DNA of 64,000 nt from Trichosphaerium sp. ATCC 40318 (lineage: Eukaryota; Protista; Tubulinea): positions 186,001-250,000 of the forward strand of contig JALMLS010000541.1 of assembly GCA_038496445.1 (NCBI GenBank), in the 5' to 3' direction. Below, piece after piece: positions 11,780 through 24,625 of this stretch. The notes beneath the pieces were generated by a model, which saw only the letters and a list, made by a program, of their open reading frames with translations, was not told where the DNA came from and did no database searches. Position 1 is the first letter of the stretch. Every line of letters starts with the position of its first letter. The translations under genes were made by a program, and so were the position numbers.

Positions 11780-13037
11780 TTATTTAATTGCAAATACAAC
11801 AACTACTAGAACTACTAAGATTACAATGAGTATAATAATGATCAACCATGATGATTTTTCTACAGAAAAAGAACACAAGTAAGTAAACAAGATAAGTCAA
11901 CCAACAAAAAAAAAACCAACGAAGTGTTAGCGCTAACAATGTGTCGAAAAGGCGGTTACCTTTTGCTTTATCTATAAGTTTGTTTATGCGTTTCATTGCT
12001 TGGTCAAGTCGCCCTTGCGATACTTCTACTTCACGACCAAACTCATCAAGGATTCTAAAATACAATGAGTTTCATATACTCGACATTTCAAATAAAAACA
12101 CCAGGTGGGTTTTTGAATAAAATTCGTACATTCTCTGGTTGTCTAATTCATCGTTAATAGCAACACCTACTTCTTCCAAGCGTCCTAAATGGTGTGATTA
12201 GTATTAAATCAAAAATAAATTGGCACATGACCAACCGCTCCAGAAAAAAAACTTGAAAGTTCAATTTTGCTTACCAACAGTATGTTCAAGAGATTCCAAA
12301 TCTTCCTCTTGTTCTTCTCGTAGTAGAGATAACTGAGCCTCCTGCCCATTTATAAAATCGCTATTTTCTCTTTCTAACTCTCTTTGAAGGTTGTCATAGC
12401 GTTCATTCTTCATCAAGTTCTAAACAAACCACGTAAACAAAAAAAAATAAAAAGTTAAAATTCTGTTTATCATTTTTTTGAGAAAACTGTCTCCACGGCA
12501 TTCTAACCTTTCTTTCAGCGCGTTCAATCTTTGATGTAGCTTCTCTTGAAGTGATTTGTCTCTTTATACTATCAATCGCCTTTTTTGTTTCGGTAACAAA
12601 CCGTTTACGGTTTTGCACTTCAAGCTCGTCCATCCTGAATTTCCTTGGGTTTTTTTCGACCTGTTTTAGAAGTTAAACGCGACAGTTGATGAAGCGAATG
12701 TCAGTAATACAATGACACTAACATAAACTGGCGTAGGGAGCACCCAATACACCCGATAAAAACGTTTTTTATCACTGTACGCACGATTTCGATTGTCTGT
12801 GTTAGATCTTGTAGCTCCCACTCTATTGATTGCGTTCCCTTCTTTAATTCGGAGGTTAAGAACTGAAACTCTTCCGGGTTGGCGTCAGGATTTATCAATT
12901 GTTGTTTCCATTGCGTGAATATCTCTTCCATGCCGTGTAGACTCTCTTCAACCTCACTACACTATTAGACTCAATTACGCAATGCTAGCGCACCGTTTAA
13001 CCATGTAGAATGGATCCTTGGAAGCAGAGCGCGACAT
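11780..13037 (-). CDS. STX6: Syntaxin 6 / Tlg1-type Qc-SNARE
   Basis: KDPFYMVK, SIEWELQDLTQTIEIVEKNPRKF...ELEVQNRKRFV, SNARE heptads, C-terminal TM helix. Confidence 0.9.
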
Positions 13038-13811
13038 TGCGACAGTTTTCAAATAACTTGGCTTGAATGTTGGTTTGCTCACTGCGAAGAAAATTGACTT
13101 CAATGGAAAATTTTTTTATCGTTTTACAAGTGTTTTTTTAAACGCTGTCTGATTACTATCAATAGTTTTCACAGCATGAAACGCAATAATCTGACATCTG
13201 ACGTCTGGGTTTTTGATTGTTTTTTTTTGAGCTCTACACGTAAAGTCCTGACCACAACATTGTGAATAAAGTGCCCCAGCCCAAGACGAATGCAGTAACG
13301 AGTGCTACGACCAAATCTCTGATGATGTTGCGTTTTTCACTTGTAAGATTCCTGTACAAAGGCGTCAGTCGTAAACAAAGCAGTTTTGAGCGAGAAAAGC
13401 GCGTTTTAGCGTTAACAAGGTGTTATTTTGTGCCACCTCATCGCCGTGAGACAATAGTAGACCGTGCCACGTACACGAAAAAATATCCTAATAGGCCCAA
13501 ACCAATGGATACAAACAAAATAGAGAGAAACTGGAAAGAGTTTACATCGATAATACCAGAGTACGCCAAAAAGTTTTTCTCTTCAATCTATTAGCGATTA
13601 GAAACAACGCCAAGTGACCGCAAAAATATTTTTCTTTGTTTTAATTTATTTTAGCTTGTATTGAGTGTGTATAGTAAGTATATGATTTATGGTACGTACT
13701 GATCCCATTCTTGTTGAGTTGCGTGGTATTACTAAGCCAAGCGTTAAGTTACAACGATTTTAAAATTTTATTGAATGTAACCAAACTACAACGGTTTCTA
13801 CAGGTGCCCAT

Positions 13812-14605
13812 TCATCTTTGCTTTGCGCCAATAGCGATGCAGACGTTACTGGCAGCGAGGAAGTAGTGAAGGAGATCTACGTTCTTCATAGGTCCAGTTT
13901 TACCTTTACCACCGAAGGCAGCGCCAATAAAGAACAAAAGCATGCCAACTACAAAAATGCGTTAACTTGTAGACGCCAGAAAGAAACAGGTACCCAAAGC
14001 TGGCCATTCAGAAGTGCCATAGGTAGCGACAGTCATTGAGGCTTCGAACAATGCATATAAACCAGCAATACCGACGCCAATATCAGCGTAAGGCGTCTTG
14101 TGTTTGAGAGATTGTTTACCTACCAACGCCAATACGAAAACGCCAAATAAAACACCTACAATCAAAAATAACGACGTGTCAAAATGACATGCGGTTAAAG
14201 AAATTGCGGTGTACCCATTGTGAGAGAGAAATGTTCATTTGTAAGCGCTGCTGAGAGGAGTATCAGAGGAGCACCAAAACTCTTGGCAATAGGTACTATG
14301 CTGGGAGAAATTGTCATTTTATGTAAATGAAAGGAATATTGTACAAATTGTGTACTGCCACGGCATCTTTGACACCAGCGAAACGGAAAGCACCTGCTAG
14401 GGCTGCTGTACCAACCTGAAATTACTAAATGTTAATGTTGAAAGTTTTTCGGAGTGAATAGGCCTAAACAATGCTTCAAACGACGCGTGGTACGTACAGT
14501 CATAAACCCGAGCCTCGCAAATAACGAAGGATACGCCTTGTTAGCTCCCCATACGCAAGATAATATCAAAGCGATTTCTGACAGAACTACGGATGGTTGA
14601 CTCAT
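13812..14605 (-). CDS. Small multi-pass membrane protein of unknown function
   Basis: Spliced hydrophobic ORF MSQPSVVLSEIALILSCVW...AALAGAFRFAG...NVDLLHYFLA. Confidence 0.6.
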
Positions 14606-14727
14606 TGTGGCGTTTATCAAAGTGAATTTTGGTGTCAAACTCTTTCAAAACACTTACAGTCGCTGTTTTTCGCCACAACACGCCATTGCGTTACAAATGT
14701 ATGAAGTAGAAGCGCCAAAAAAGCAAA

Positions 14728-16684
14728 ATGCGTAGTGTAATTACCAAGTACGTGTAAACATAGTGGAAACAGATACAAGAGCTATCCAAGCGCGGTTTGG
14801 TAGTTATAAACACCAACAGAAGCAAATTACGAAATTAACTTCGCATTTAGGCCAACGACTGCCTGTGCTCTGCAACAGAATCACAAGGAGGTATCAAAGC
14901 CACACCCTGTACGCGTCGAAGCTGATCAGGGCGTTATCTGCAGGCTTGGGCTTAGTCCAGCTCAGAGGTGAACAAAATTACTAAGATATAGACTTACTGT
15001 TTATAGCACGCTACTTCCTACGCTAGACAATAGCGTAGGTAATGCAATTGGAGCACGTGATCAAGGGTAAGTAATATTGTAATTTTATAGATCACGTGAT
15101 AAAGTTAGTTGCAACAGGATTACCCCAAGGTATTATTGGACAGATATGTCAAACCAGTTGGCTTTGTTTAACGACATTGGCAAAGATTTAAAGGTGAAGA
15201 CATTGGATGATTGGTACACAACGACATCTCGTGAAGTTTGTAGACATGGTGGATCTAATGTATTGGCGTGCGTACAAATAGTTTGAAATGATGAAGTAAC
15301 TGGTTTACTTTACAGGTGGTATTACAACAAGTCACTCGTTGAGTGCTTAATGCACGTGTATCCATCTTTCAAATGGATCAAATCTAGATTCAAGTATGAG
15401 CAATTGTTACATGTCAAATACGTTCCTCATAGTAGCTAACAGTAATGTAGGGGTATTCCTAGAAATCATTGGTATGTTGTATTGATAAGTTGTTAAAAGT
15501 GTTAAGTTGGTTCTTCAAACAGGCGTGACACTGCTCACCAAAAAGAAGTTCTCGATAGCGTGGCTCAGTCTCTGAGTATTAAAGACTTATCTCAATGGCA
15601 AAGCATATCATTACGTGATATTAAAGATAACACATGTAAAAGAATCATAAAGTACGACATATTATAAGTATAAGTGACTAACGTTTTCAAAAGGAAATTG
15701 TTTGACAGTTCTTTATGGGCATGCTTGTCATTGTTGTATCCTTCCCAAAAGTTCATGCCTTGGCAGTTCGAGTACTACCCTTGTATGTTTATTCAAGCGC
15801 TTATGGGATTTAGTGAGAATGGTAGATATAAAATGGGGTATTGGCACAAACCAGAGCATCAACGATCGTTCCTGTTTGTAATCAAAAAAACATTTAATAT
15901 TTCTGCTGTTGAAGATTGGTACACAGATACTATGTACCTTTGCTTATATATGGTATTTTAGGTATCGTATATCTCATCAGCACATACGTGATATAGGTGG
16001 TAGAGGTATTATAGAGCATTGGCCAAACGCATTGTCGTTAATAGACCCATTGTACAATTGGGAATGGAGCAGATTCTCCGGGATTGGTACACGATTTAAG
16101 CAAAGGTATGTACATTTTGTAAAAAAGATCCCATGTGATTAATCCTGTTATAGGTTGTTATTTGAGAAGGTGAACAGTCTCTTTCCAACAAATATAATAG
16201 TGGAAGAGCACAAGATTGACTTTAGTGGGTTCAACAAAGAAGGCATTACTGTAGATATTTATCTTCCTGAACTTAAACTAGCGTTCGAATACCAGGGTAT
16301 GATAAAAGACCTCAGGTATACTTTTACCTAACCCTTACATGTAAGGTGAACAACACTACCGTGATGGAGTGTTTTTTTCTGATCAATACTCAGTTGTCCA
16401 AGGTTCTAGAGACTTGAGCAAATTACAACATTGCTCTGATGTTGGTATGGAGTGCTCAGGTAATAGCTTTTTACTCACTTCTTTTAGGCATTTCGTTAGT
16501 TCCAATCCCGTACTGGTGGGATGGTTTAATGCCCTCGCTTGTTGCAACAATACAACACTATGCACCAAATATAGGTGAGAGATTGGATGCCATAATTGGT
16601 ACTGCTTTAATTTCAGAGCCAGCACCTTGTTTTAGAACAAAGTTAATGTTTCCTCATCACAACAGAAACGTTAATGTTGTATAA
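14728..16684 (+). CDS. Helical repeat protein with a C-terminal PD-(D/E)XK/Vsr-like (RAP-like) nuclease domain
   Basis: Three repeats YW...Q...L(D/S/E)xW...GG...YP; C-terminal TVDIYLPELKLAFEYQGEQHY...RDLSK...GISLVPIPYWW; start approximate. Confidence 0.7.
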
Positions 16685-17277
16685 CACTTAAAATATAATT
16701 TGTACCATAATTAGTATTGATTACATCATTCACAACTTATTGTGAGAAGAGTGCTTAGCAGCTTTTGAAGAGCATCGCTATGAGACTGTTTCAAATTTTA
16801 TTTCTAATATCTAGGAGATTTCGAGAATCTTTGAGGATGGAGACCTTTTTACTCACTGTAGAGGTGCATCTGATGTAAGTTATTCTCACGCAGATTTCTG
16901 TCTGATCAGCAATCCGACGGTTTTGACAAACCAGCCTGAAAAATGTGGTTCACAGCATGCACGGTTTTGTCGTAGAAATGATTACGAAGCATTTATATAT
17001 TACACGCACATGGTTTTTTAAACCATGGAGAAGTCGTTTGACTTCCTCTATTCATTACGTTTGTTACCACTAAACGGCATGTCTCCCAATTGAGAAATTG
17101 ATTTAAAAGAACAATGTAAGTAAATCAAACCCAACAGTTTCTGAACGAGAGTATCTCAAACGATGGCTAGGTTACAACGTCAGTGTTTGTATTCATAAAT
17201 GAAGCATTTTCGCAAAACAGGTAACAAAGGTGTGCTAGATCATGCCTTGTTATGACGTATTTAAAAAATTTGAGGTG

Positions 17278-17537
17278 TGAGAATGGACAACTTAACAAAC
17301 GAGCAGGTAGAGGGAAACTATGTGGTGAAATGAAGCAGTGGAATGAGGATGGATATGCAAAAAGAAGAAAGAAGACTATACTGTTCAGTTTTACTATTCA
17401 AAGATTTACAATAAAGATGAACGTGTTTTAGGTTGATGACTTGAAATGTCTTGAATGGGAAGAACCAAAGAGCAAGAGAGTCAACTCAAGTAATAGTAAA
17501 CACAGGAACCGTGGAAAGAAGAAGAGAGGTAATAAAC
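17278..17537 (+). pseudogene. Fused 3' fragments of the MORN-variant gene family and the last exon of the HEPN-TPR-SEL1 family
   Basis: 17278-17413 resembles ~10975-11125; 17417-17537 resembles ~23799-23919. Confidence 0.8.
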
Positions 17538-17639
17538 CGTCTGTTGATTGCAGCAGGTGAGTTTGTTGAAGTTGTAGACATAAACACAAATCAAGTCACT
17601 GTGTTGGTCTTAGCAAAGTAGATACTGCTACCATTAAGC

Positions 17640-18989
17640 TTAGTTCCAACCATCTTTATTAGACTTTGACCAAGTTACAATTTCATCTTTGAACCCTTCC
17701 TTGTATGAAGGATACTTAGGTTCCCACCCTGTTCCCTTTTTAAACCTTGCATTTGTGCATTTAGCGCTTGCATTTAAATATTTTACAGCTGCGTCACCTA
17801 ACACATTATTTAATATCATCACGTGTAAGTCACGTGATATGTACCTATAGCCAGATTTCCCATCCACTCAGAAAGTGTTGAAGGTGAGGAGGCGCCAAGT
17901 TGTTCAGCTAGGATATAAGAGTAAGATATTGGACTGAAAATTTAAAATAAATTAGTACCCAAGTAATCAGCCAGTTGACGTTGTGATACAGGTATGTCAT
18001 CACATACATTAAAAACACTACCTTTATTTGCTTCTACACTCTCTAGAGACTTAATGAAAGCGCTTGCAGCGTCATTTGCGTTGATCTATGTTCACTATTG
18101 AGAACAACATTGATAAGAAAAAGAAAGGAGTTTCGCACCAATGGAATGTAAGTGTCACCGTTGCCAACCACACGATAAACGCCCGATTTTATTAGCTTTA
18201 ACATGGCTTGTGTTTGTGCTGCATCGTGAGAATACACGGAGCCCAATCGCAAAATCATTGTGTTGATACCTAAAGTTAAATAGTTTTAGACGCGATACTA
18301 ATTTACCATTTACACACCTTCACCACTGGCTTTCTGTACCATATTTTCCATATCGATAGCAGACTCTGTAGGGAACAGTTTAGAGGTAATATTTAGCGAA
18401 TACAGCCAAACAATCGTACGTAAAAAAGGTAATGGTGGTTGAGCTGGCTGAACGTCTTCATCTACTATTTGACCATTCTTATGCCCGTAGATAAAGGTAA
18501 GGCTTGACTGCAAATAAAAAGCGTTATTTTTCTTTGCTGCTGTCAGCAATGCTCTCGTCCCCTCCGTTCGTAGTCTGTAGGCGTTAATACGCAAAAATAC
18601 GCGTTTTTATTGGTTACCTGTCGTTTTCTGCCCAATCAGCTGCTTTTGAGTGTACTGCTTGTGGTATCTTTGATGCGAGATGTAGAATAGCGTTTGAACC
18701 CTGTGACAGTTTAGTGACGTCTTCTGCGTTAAAAATGTTTCCTCGTCTACTCTCAGCGCCTTTGCGAGCGTAAGAAGTCATTAATATACATATAGTCAGA
18801 ATTAACCTAATTTTTTTAGCGTTCGCTCATCCTTATCGGTTGCTGCTAGGCCTATTGGCTTCGCTCCTTGTTGTACAAGCTGTTGTACAACCCTCCGTCC
18901 TAATACACCAGTTGCACCTGTGGTGTGTAGTTAATACGTTGAATCTCTCATTTCACCCCCTAAAACTCACCTGCTACGAACACGCGCAT
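17640..18989 (-). CDS. NAD-dependent epimerase/dehydratase (extended SDR)
   Basis: MRVFVAGATGVLGRRVV, RLRTEGTRALL, LRLGSVYS, FNVCDDIP, GWEPKYPSYKEG. Confidence 0.9.
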
Positions 18990-19436
18990 TTATAAGCAAA
19001 ATGAAGTCAGTTTGGGTAAAAATAGTTACCCATTCACCGAAAAAATGAAGTCACTTTACATTTTGTTCTAAATAAACTCACGATAAAAACTACTACCATC
19101 TTTGTTTATTTGGTGCTATTTTACCGCCACCCAATACAACAGCCGTTTCATTGGGGATGTAAATTGAAGTTGCATGGCATCACTTATACAGCTTCAAAAC
19201 TATGTATACAGAAATTGAAGGTCAGTGGCTCACATCTAAGGATACCAACAGGAAGTGTTGGTGGTGATCAGTTGCTCATATTGTATCTGTAATTACTGTT
19301 ATTTATAACGGAAATACTACCTGCAGTTAGCACCTGAAAGCATCGTGAAGTATTGCAAGCTTGCCGTATTCATTGAAATATTATGTTGGATTTTATTTGG
19401 AACACTTTGCACACTAATGTCAAAGATTTAGTGTTA

Positions 19437-19509
19437 AGCCCACTGCGAGTTTCGATCTCGCTACCATCTGGTCAAAAGCCAAACGCTCTTCCGATTGAGC
19501 TAAGTGGGC
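19437..19509 (-). tRNA. tRNA-Lys(UUU)-like with G37, copy 3
   Basis: Reverse complement of the same cloverleaf; T-loop ATCGAAA. Confidence 0.85.
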
Positions 19510-19636
19510 TACGAGTTGGTAAAAGATGTATAAACATTGGTCCAATCTAGTATTGAACACAAACAATGTTGAGTTTTATTTTAGCACTAGTCAATATTAG
19601 TATGCGTATTTGCTTCAACACCCTTCTCACCTACTA

Positions 19637-22600
19637 ATGACGCACAACATAAAGGTATTACACCAGTTCCTACAGTTTAAAGATTGTATTTCCTCTGAGA
19701 GACTTTGTGTTTAAACCCTTGAATAGAAGTATCATGTGCTTTGTAGCTTACCACAGCTTGGCTGTTTAAAACTGAAGGAAATGTTTCTAAAGAGATGGCA
19801 GAACTCAACCGGACCATGGAATCCAAATAGCGCTTCGTTACTAGTGTCGAGTAACCCTGGTTACGTAAAGAAACTCAACAAGACAATGAAGAAACTTCTC
19901 AAAGATGGCACGCGATATGTCTTCTTAACGATTATCCTATAACACATACTGTAGGCAATATTTCAAGTTGGGATATCACTTTGCTTTCGTCTCTTCTTCT
20001 TGAGGAAACTTTATGGACGACAACTGATAAATCAGAGCTCTCTCATCTAGAACCTAGAATACGTGCCGTAAGTATATCTTTCACGTGTTTGCCAACTGAC
20101 ACATTTTTCCTAGTTGCGGGAAGCGAGGAACAGTATATCGCACCTTGGTTCATCTATTTCTAGCTCCGAGTTAGACAATATCAAAAAGCTATGATTTCTG
20201 CGTTGCTCGGATTAGGTGTTGCTCAGTCTGATATTGATAATGTCGATAGAGGTACATTGTCATTGTCAGAACTTGCATTGTAGTAAACGAGTTTCAAGGC
20301 ACCCGTGTTGAAGAAGATGATAAAACTGCTGAAGAATTAAAATCCAAAGGGAACAACGCTTTTAGACAGAATAAGTTCAAAGAAGCGATAGAGTTGTACT
20401 CTAAAGCAATACACATTCACTGCACTGATTCTCCAAAACAACTTGGTACAATCTATTCAAACAGGTAAGCTCACAAGTAATGTTCGATGTTAAGTATTTG
20501 TTCTAAACTTAAACAGGAGTTTGGCGCATCTTAAGCTTGGTGCTAATGAAGACGCTCTGAGTGATGCTAAAGTCGCTTGCAATCTTAGACCAAGATGGTC
20601 TAAAGCTCATGCAAGAAAAGCAGATGCATATTTTGCCCTCAACAAGCACAGTAAAGCATTAAAAGGTATTATCAAAACCTTTGATATGATGCTTTTCCAC
20701 TAATCACGTGCTAGTGTACAACTTTGTTTTATTTCTTGGACCTACCACTACAATTGAGAACGACGTTAAAAAAAAGATCGAGCTATGTAGATATAAGGAA
20801 GGGAAATACTTACGGTGTGATCACTTGGTTAATCATACATTTCAAGAAGAATTGAAAAACGTACAACTTCATCTTTTCGTATTAATGAACTTACTGATTA
20901 ACTTCTAGATACGTGATAATGTAGGGATAGATATTCCTGTTTCTAAACTAGTTGATATTCTACCAAGTGGAATGTCTCAATACATAAAAGGTTATCTGTA
21001 CAGGGACGGAGCTGTAAGTAGCGCTTAATAAACTCCTAAAAAAGATTGATCTGTATCATAGGAAGGCCGTACACAAAGCTACGAGCGCGCAATTCATGAA
21101 TGGACAATAGGTGGTCGTTTAGGACACCCTGGATGCTTGTACCAACTCGTAAATGATACACAATTCTTGACTTCTATGCTCATTTTGCTATTCGTGTAGG
21201 CTCTCATGTACAAGGAGGGTATGGGTGTAGAACGCAATTTTAGCCTGTGTGTTGTATACCTCAAAAAAGGACTTGAAAGTTGTGAAAAAATGAAGGACTC
21301 CAATCATGAAAAGAAGCCATTTATCGGTCTTTTATGTCATTCTCTTGCACTTTCATATGAGATTGGTATTGGTGTACCAAAAGACTTTGTTCAGGCACTA
21401 TCGTACTATGAGCGAGCAATAGTAAATGAATTTCCATGTGCGCGTTCAGAGAAGAAACGTATTTACTTTAGCTAATTATGTTCCAGCTTCTTGTGTTAAC
21501 TTGGGTTGCGCATACTTGGAAGGCAATGGCGTTTTGGAACCAGACCAAAAGAAGGCTTTCGATCTTTTCCAAGCAGCAGCATCATATGGTAATAAAGAAA
21601 GGAACAATACGGGTTTCTTACTTTTTTCTTGTAGGTGAGGTTATAGGAATGTTGAACTTGGCACGCTGTTACCTCCATGGTTCCGGAGTGTCAAAGAATT
21701 TTAAGCTTGCAAAGTTGTGGTAATATCCTTCAGATAGATTAAAAAAACTGGCAAATTTGTATTGACACCATTTGTAGGTATACGCACGCTTCTGATGCTG
21801 GTTTTGTTCGTGCTGAGGCCGAAATGGCAATGATTGATTTTGATAAGATGATTGCTGCCGAAGAAGAGACTCTTAGAGCGCTATCAGATTTCGAAAAAGA
21901 TTGCGATGTTGTTCCTGATGACTCAACTGATGCCGAGAGCAGAATAGATGAAGTAATGAAGAAGATGTTGAAGGAAAAGTTAGGCGAAGATGGAGAGAAC
22001 ATAGCTGACATGTTGAAGAATCTCAGACAAGATTCTAAAACACCTATTAGCGCTAAAGGCGGATTTGACGCTGGTATAAGCTCTGAGGTACCTATTAACT
22101 CATTGGTTCTAACTGACGATATGTTAAGGCTCTGGAACCGTATCTAAAGGTTTCGCCAGTTGTTCAAAAGTACTACTATGGTCTTAAGTGCAGCGAAGAA
22201 GCATTTGCTCTACTATTTTTAGGACATTATCGTGCAGCCATTTCTTGCTATGCAGAGAGCCTAAAAGTAGACTCTATATGCTGTCGCATTCCTCACACAT
22301 TAAAAATTGATCTACAAAACGCTGTTAATACTGAATTGCAAGTATCCAAAGGGCGCTCCGTTGATGCCTTGATAGTGAAGTACAACTGATTTTTTTTGAA
22401 ATTTGATTATAGTTGTTTTATTAACTTGACTGTGTTAAGGCTCTATCTGACTCAGTTCGAATCAAATTGGGGAAACACGCTAGAATATGCTAGAAAGTGT
22501 CATGGTACGTACTATGAGTACATTATACAGTGAGTTAATTGTTTTTAAAGAACTTCATCCAACTGAGGAGTATTTTCCTTTTATTATTGGAACTTGCTTC

Positions 22601-23926
22601 ATGTTCCAAAGGAACTACAAACAGGTCATACCATGGGGTAAAAACATGTTGAAGGTATGATTGCGACTTAATTATTTACTAACACAGGAACTATAGAAGC
22701 AACCCAAGAATGCACCGTTGCTTCATTTTGTTGGAAGGTCTATTCTTGAAATTCAAATGGCACAGCGTAGCAAAAACATTTATACTTCTTCACATGATCC
22801 AAAGCTCATCGAAGCACGTGAGTACTACAAGGAATTTATCAAAACACTTGAATACCATGCACGTGATCATCCAAAAGGTAAGCATTGCATTGATGTTCAT
22901 TTTAAACATGGTTGTAGTTTTGTACGACTTGGGTTTTATTGAGATGAGTCTTGGCAATGAAGATGAGGCTCTTGCTCTATTGAACAAAGCAGAAAGAGTA
23001 GAATTAGATTTATTACCATTCTTCCCACGCATGACATACTCAATGAAAATTCCACTAAAGCTGCTTCTTCTCGCTAAAAAGAATAACGTACAAGGCTCAA
23101 ACCATAACACCACAAAACAGAACTCAAGAAAAAAAAAAGAATCACGTGATACACCACAACAATCTACCATCAAAACATTTGCTCCTGTGAAATCCAGTAC
23201 GCTAGTTTATTCTTTTAATATCAAAATTAATGTTCTTTGGCTAGAATTTCTCTTGGCAACACTCATTGATCGCTACACAGACCTACAAGAAAGTTCAGCG
23301 CGTATGTCTCTACCAGGAAACTATGTTATTAGAAACACAACACAACCAAGGCTTGCTGTACAATCCGCAATTATACGACAATGTAAACTGCTGACTTTTC
23401 TTCAGCCTCTTGCTGAGCCACCAACTAAGGCTACCTGTGAACCGATTTTCATCCACGAGATGCTTCCAAACAAGGACAAAATATATGTTGGAAGGTGCGT
23501 CAACGTTTCCTGAAAAATTCTGTTTTCGCATTCACCAACACTACACATAGGGTTATCTACCTTGAATTAATGTTTGCTCCTGTTAAAATGGTAGCAGTAT
23601 CTACATTCGCCAAAGACCAACACGGTGACTTGATTTGTGTTTATGTCTACAACTTCCCAAACTCACCTGCTGCAATCAACAGACGGTTTATTAAAGGTAA
23701 ACGATTCAAGGTTTATAATCCGTACTACAGAGTTACTGTATCAGGACAGACTGGTATAAGGTGAGTCAAGAATACAAAGTATGTGAAAGGAGTCTAACAT
23801 GAACGTGTTTTTAGGGTTGATGACTTGAGATGTCTTGAATGGGAAGAACCAAAGAGCAAGAGTGTCAACTCAAGTAATAGTAAACGCCGAAACCGTGGAA
23901 AGAAAAAGAGAGGTAAAAAGAGATAG
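19637..23926 (+). CDS. HEPN (DZIP3-like) + TPR + SEL1 repeats + TPR-like + C-terminal OB-like domain protein, copy A (1-nt frameshift at ~20188)
   Basis: Spliced GNISSWDITLLSSLLL...LREARNSISH; AEELKSKGNNAFRQNKFKEAIELYSKAI (TPR); YEIGIGVPKDFVQALSYYERA (SEL1); VYNF...FKVYNPYYRVTVSGQTGIRVDD. Confidence 0.8.
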
Positions 23927-24406
23927 TACCCAACCAAAGTATCGCGATAAGTAGAATATGAATAAACAGATCTTTCCAAGGCCGGAATTTACTATCTTGA
24001 GTGATCTGTAGCTTGCTCACGTCTCTATCGCTATTAAATAGGCCGTATTTTATTCCTTTTAGTTAGTTCTAGCCAGCACAATTACCACGTTCCATTGATG
24101 TAGAGATGTGGCGTACGATTACGTTAGTTGGCAGTGCATGTAGCATAGGTTTTCAGAACATTCCACTATTCGAGTTGCAAATCTATGTCAAATAACCATC
24201 CTACGTGCTGTTTTGCCTTCAAACCAGTAACAAGCCTCCAATTTGAACTCATTTAAGCAACTGTCCCTTTTGAAATAGTTTGATACTATATTTTAATCGT
24301 GGGCGATAGCCGTATCTTGAAGTATTGCAAGCTTGCCGTATTCATTGAAATATGTTGGGATTTTATTTGGAACACTTTGCACACTAACACCAAAGATTTA
24401 GTGTTA

Positions 24407-24479
24407 AGCCCACTGCGAGTTTCGATCTCGCTACCATCTGGTCAAAAGCCAAACGCTCTTCCAATTGAGCTAAGTGGGC
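24407..24479 (-). tRNA. tRNA-Lys(UUU)-like with G37, copy 4
   Basis: Same cloverleaf with one D-loop change. Confidence 0.85.
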
Positions 24480-24625
24480 TACTTGTTGTCTACAGGGAAA
24501 CTGTTTCAACCTGGTATTGTATTAACAGCAACATTTTCCTATTTTTTACTCTAAAAGTGTGGCCATCTATAGAAAGGACTATAAACATTCTGTATTACAT
24601 AGATGACGCTCTAATTTTTATTGAT

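Noticed and set aside
22710-23513. 267-aa ORF as a separate gene
   Set aside because: It runs across exons and introns of HEPN-TPR-SEL1 copy A
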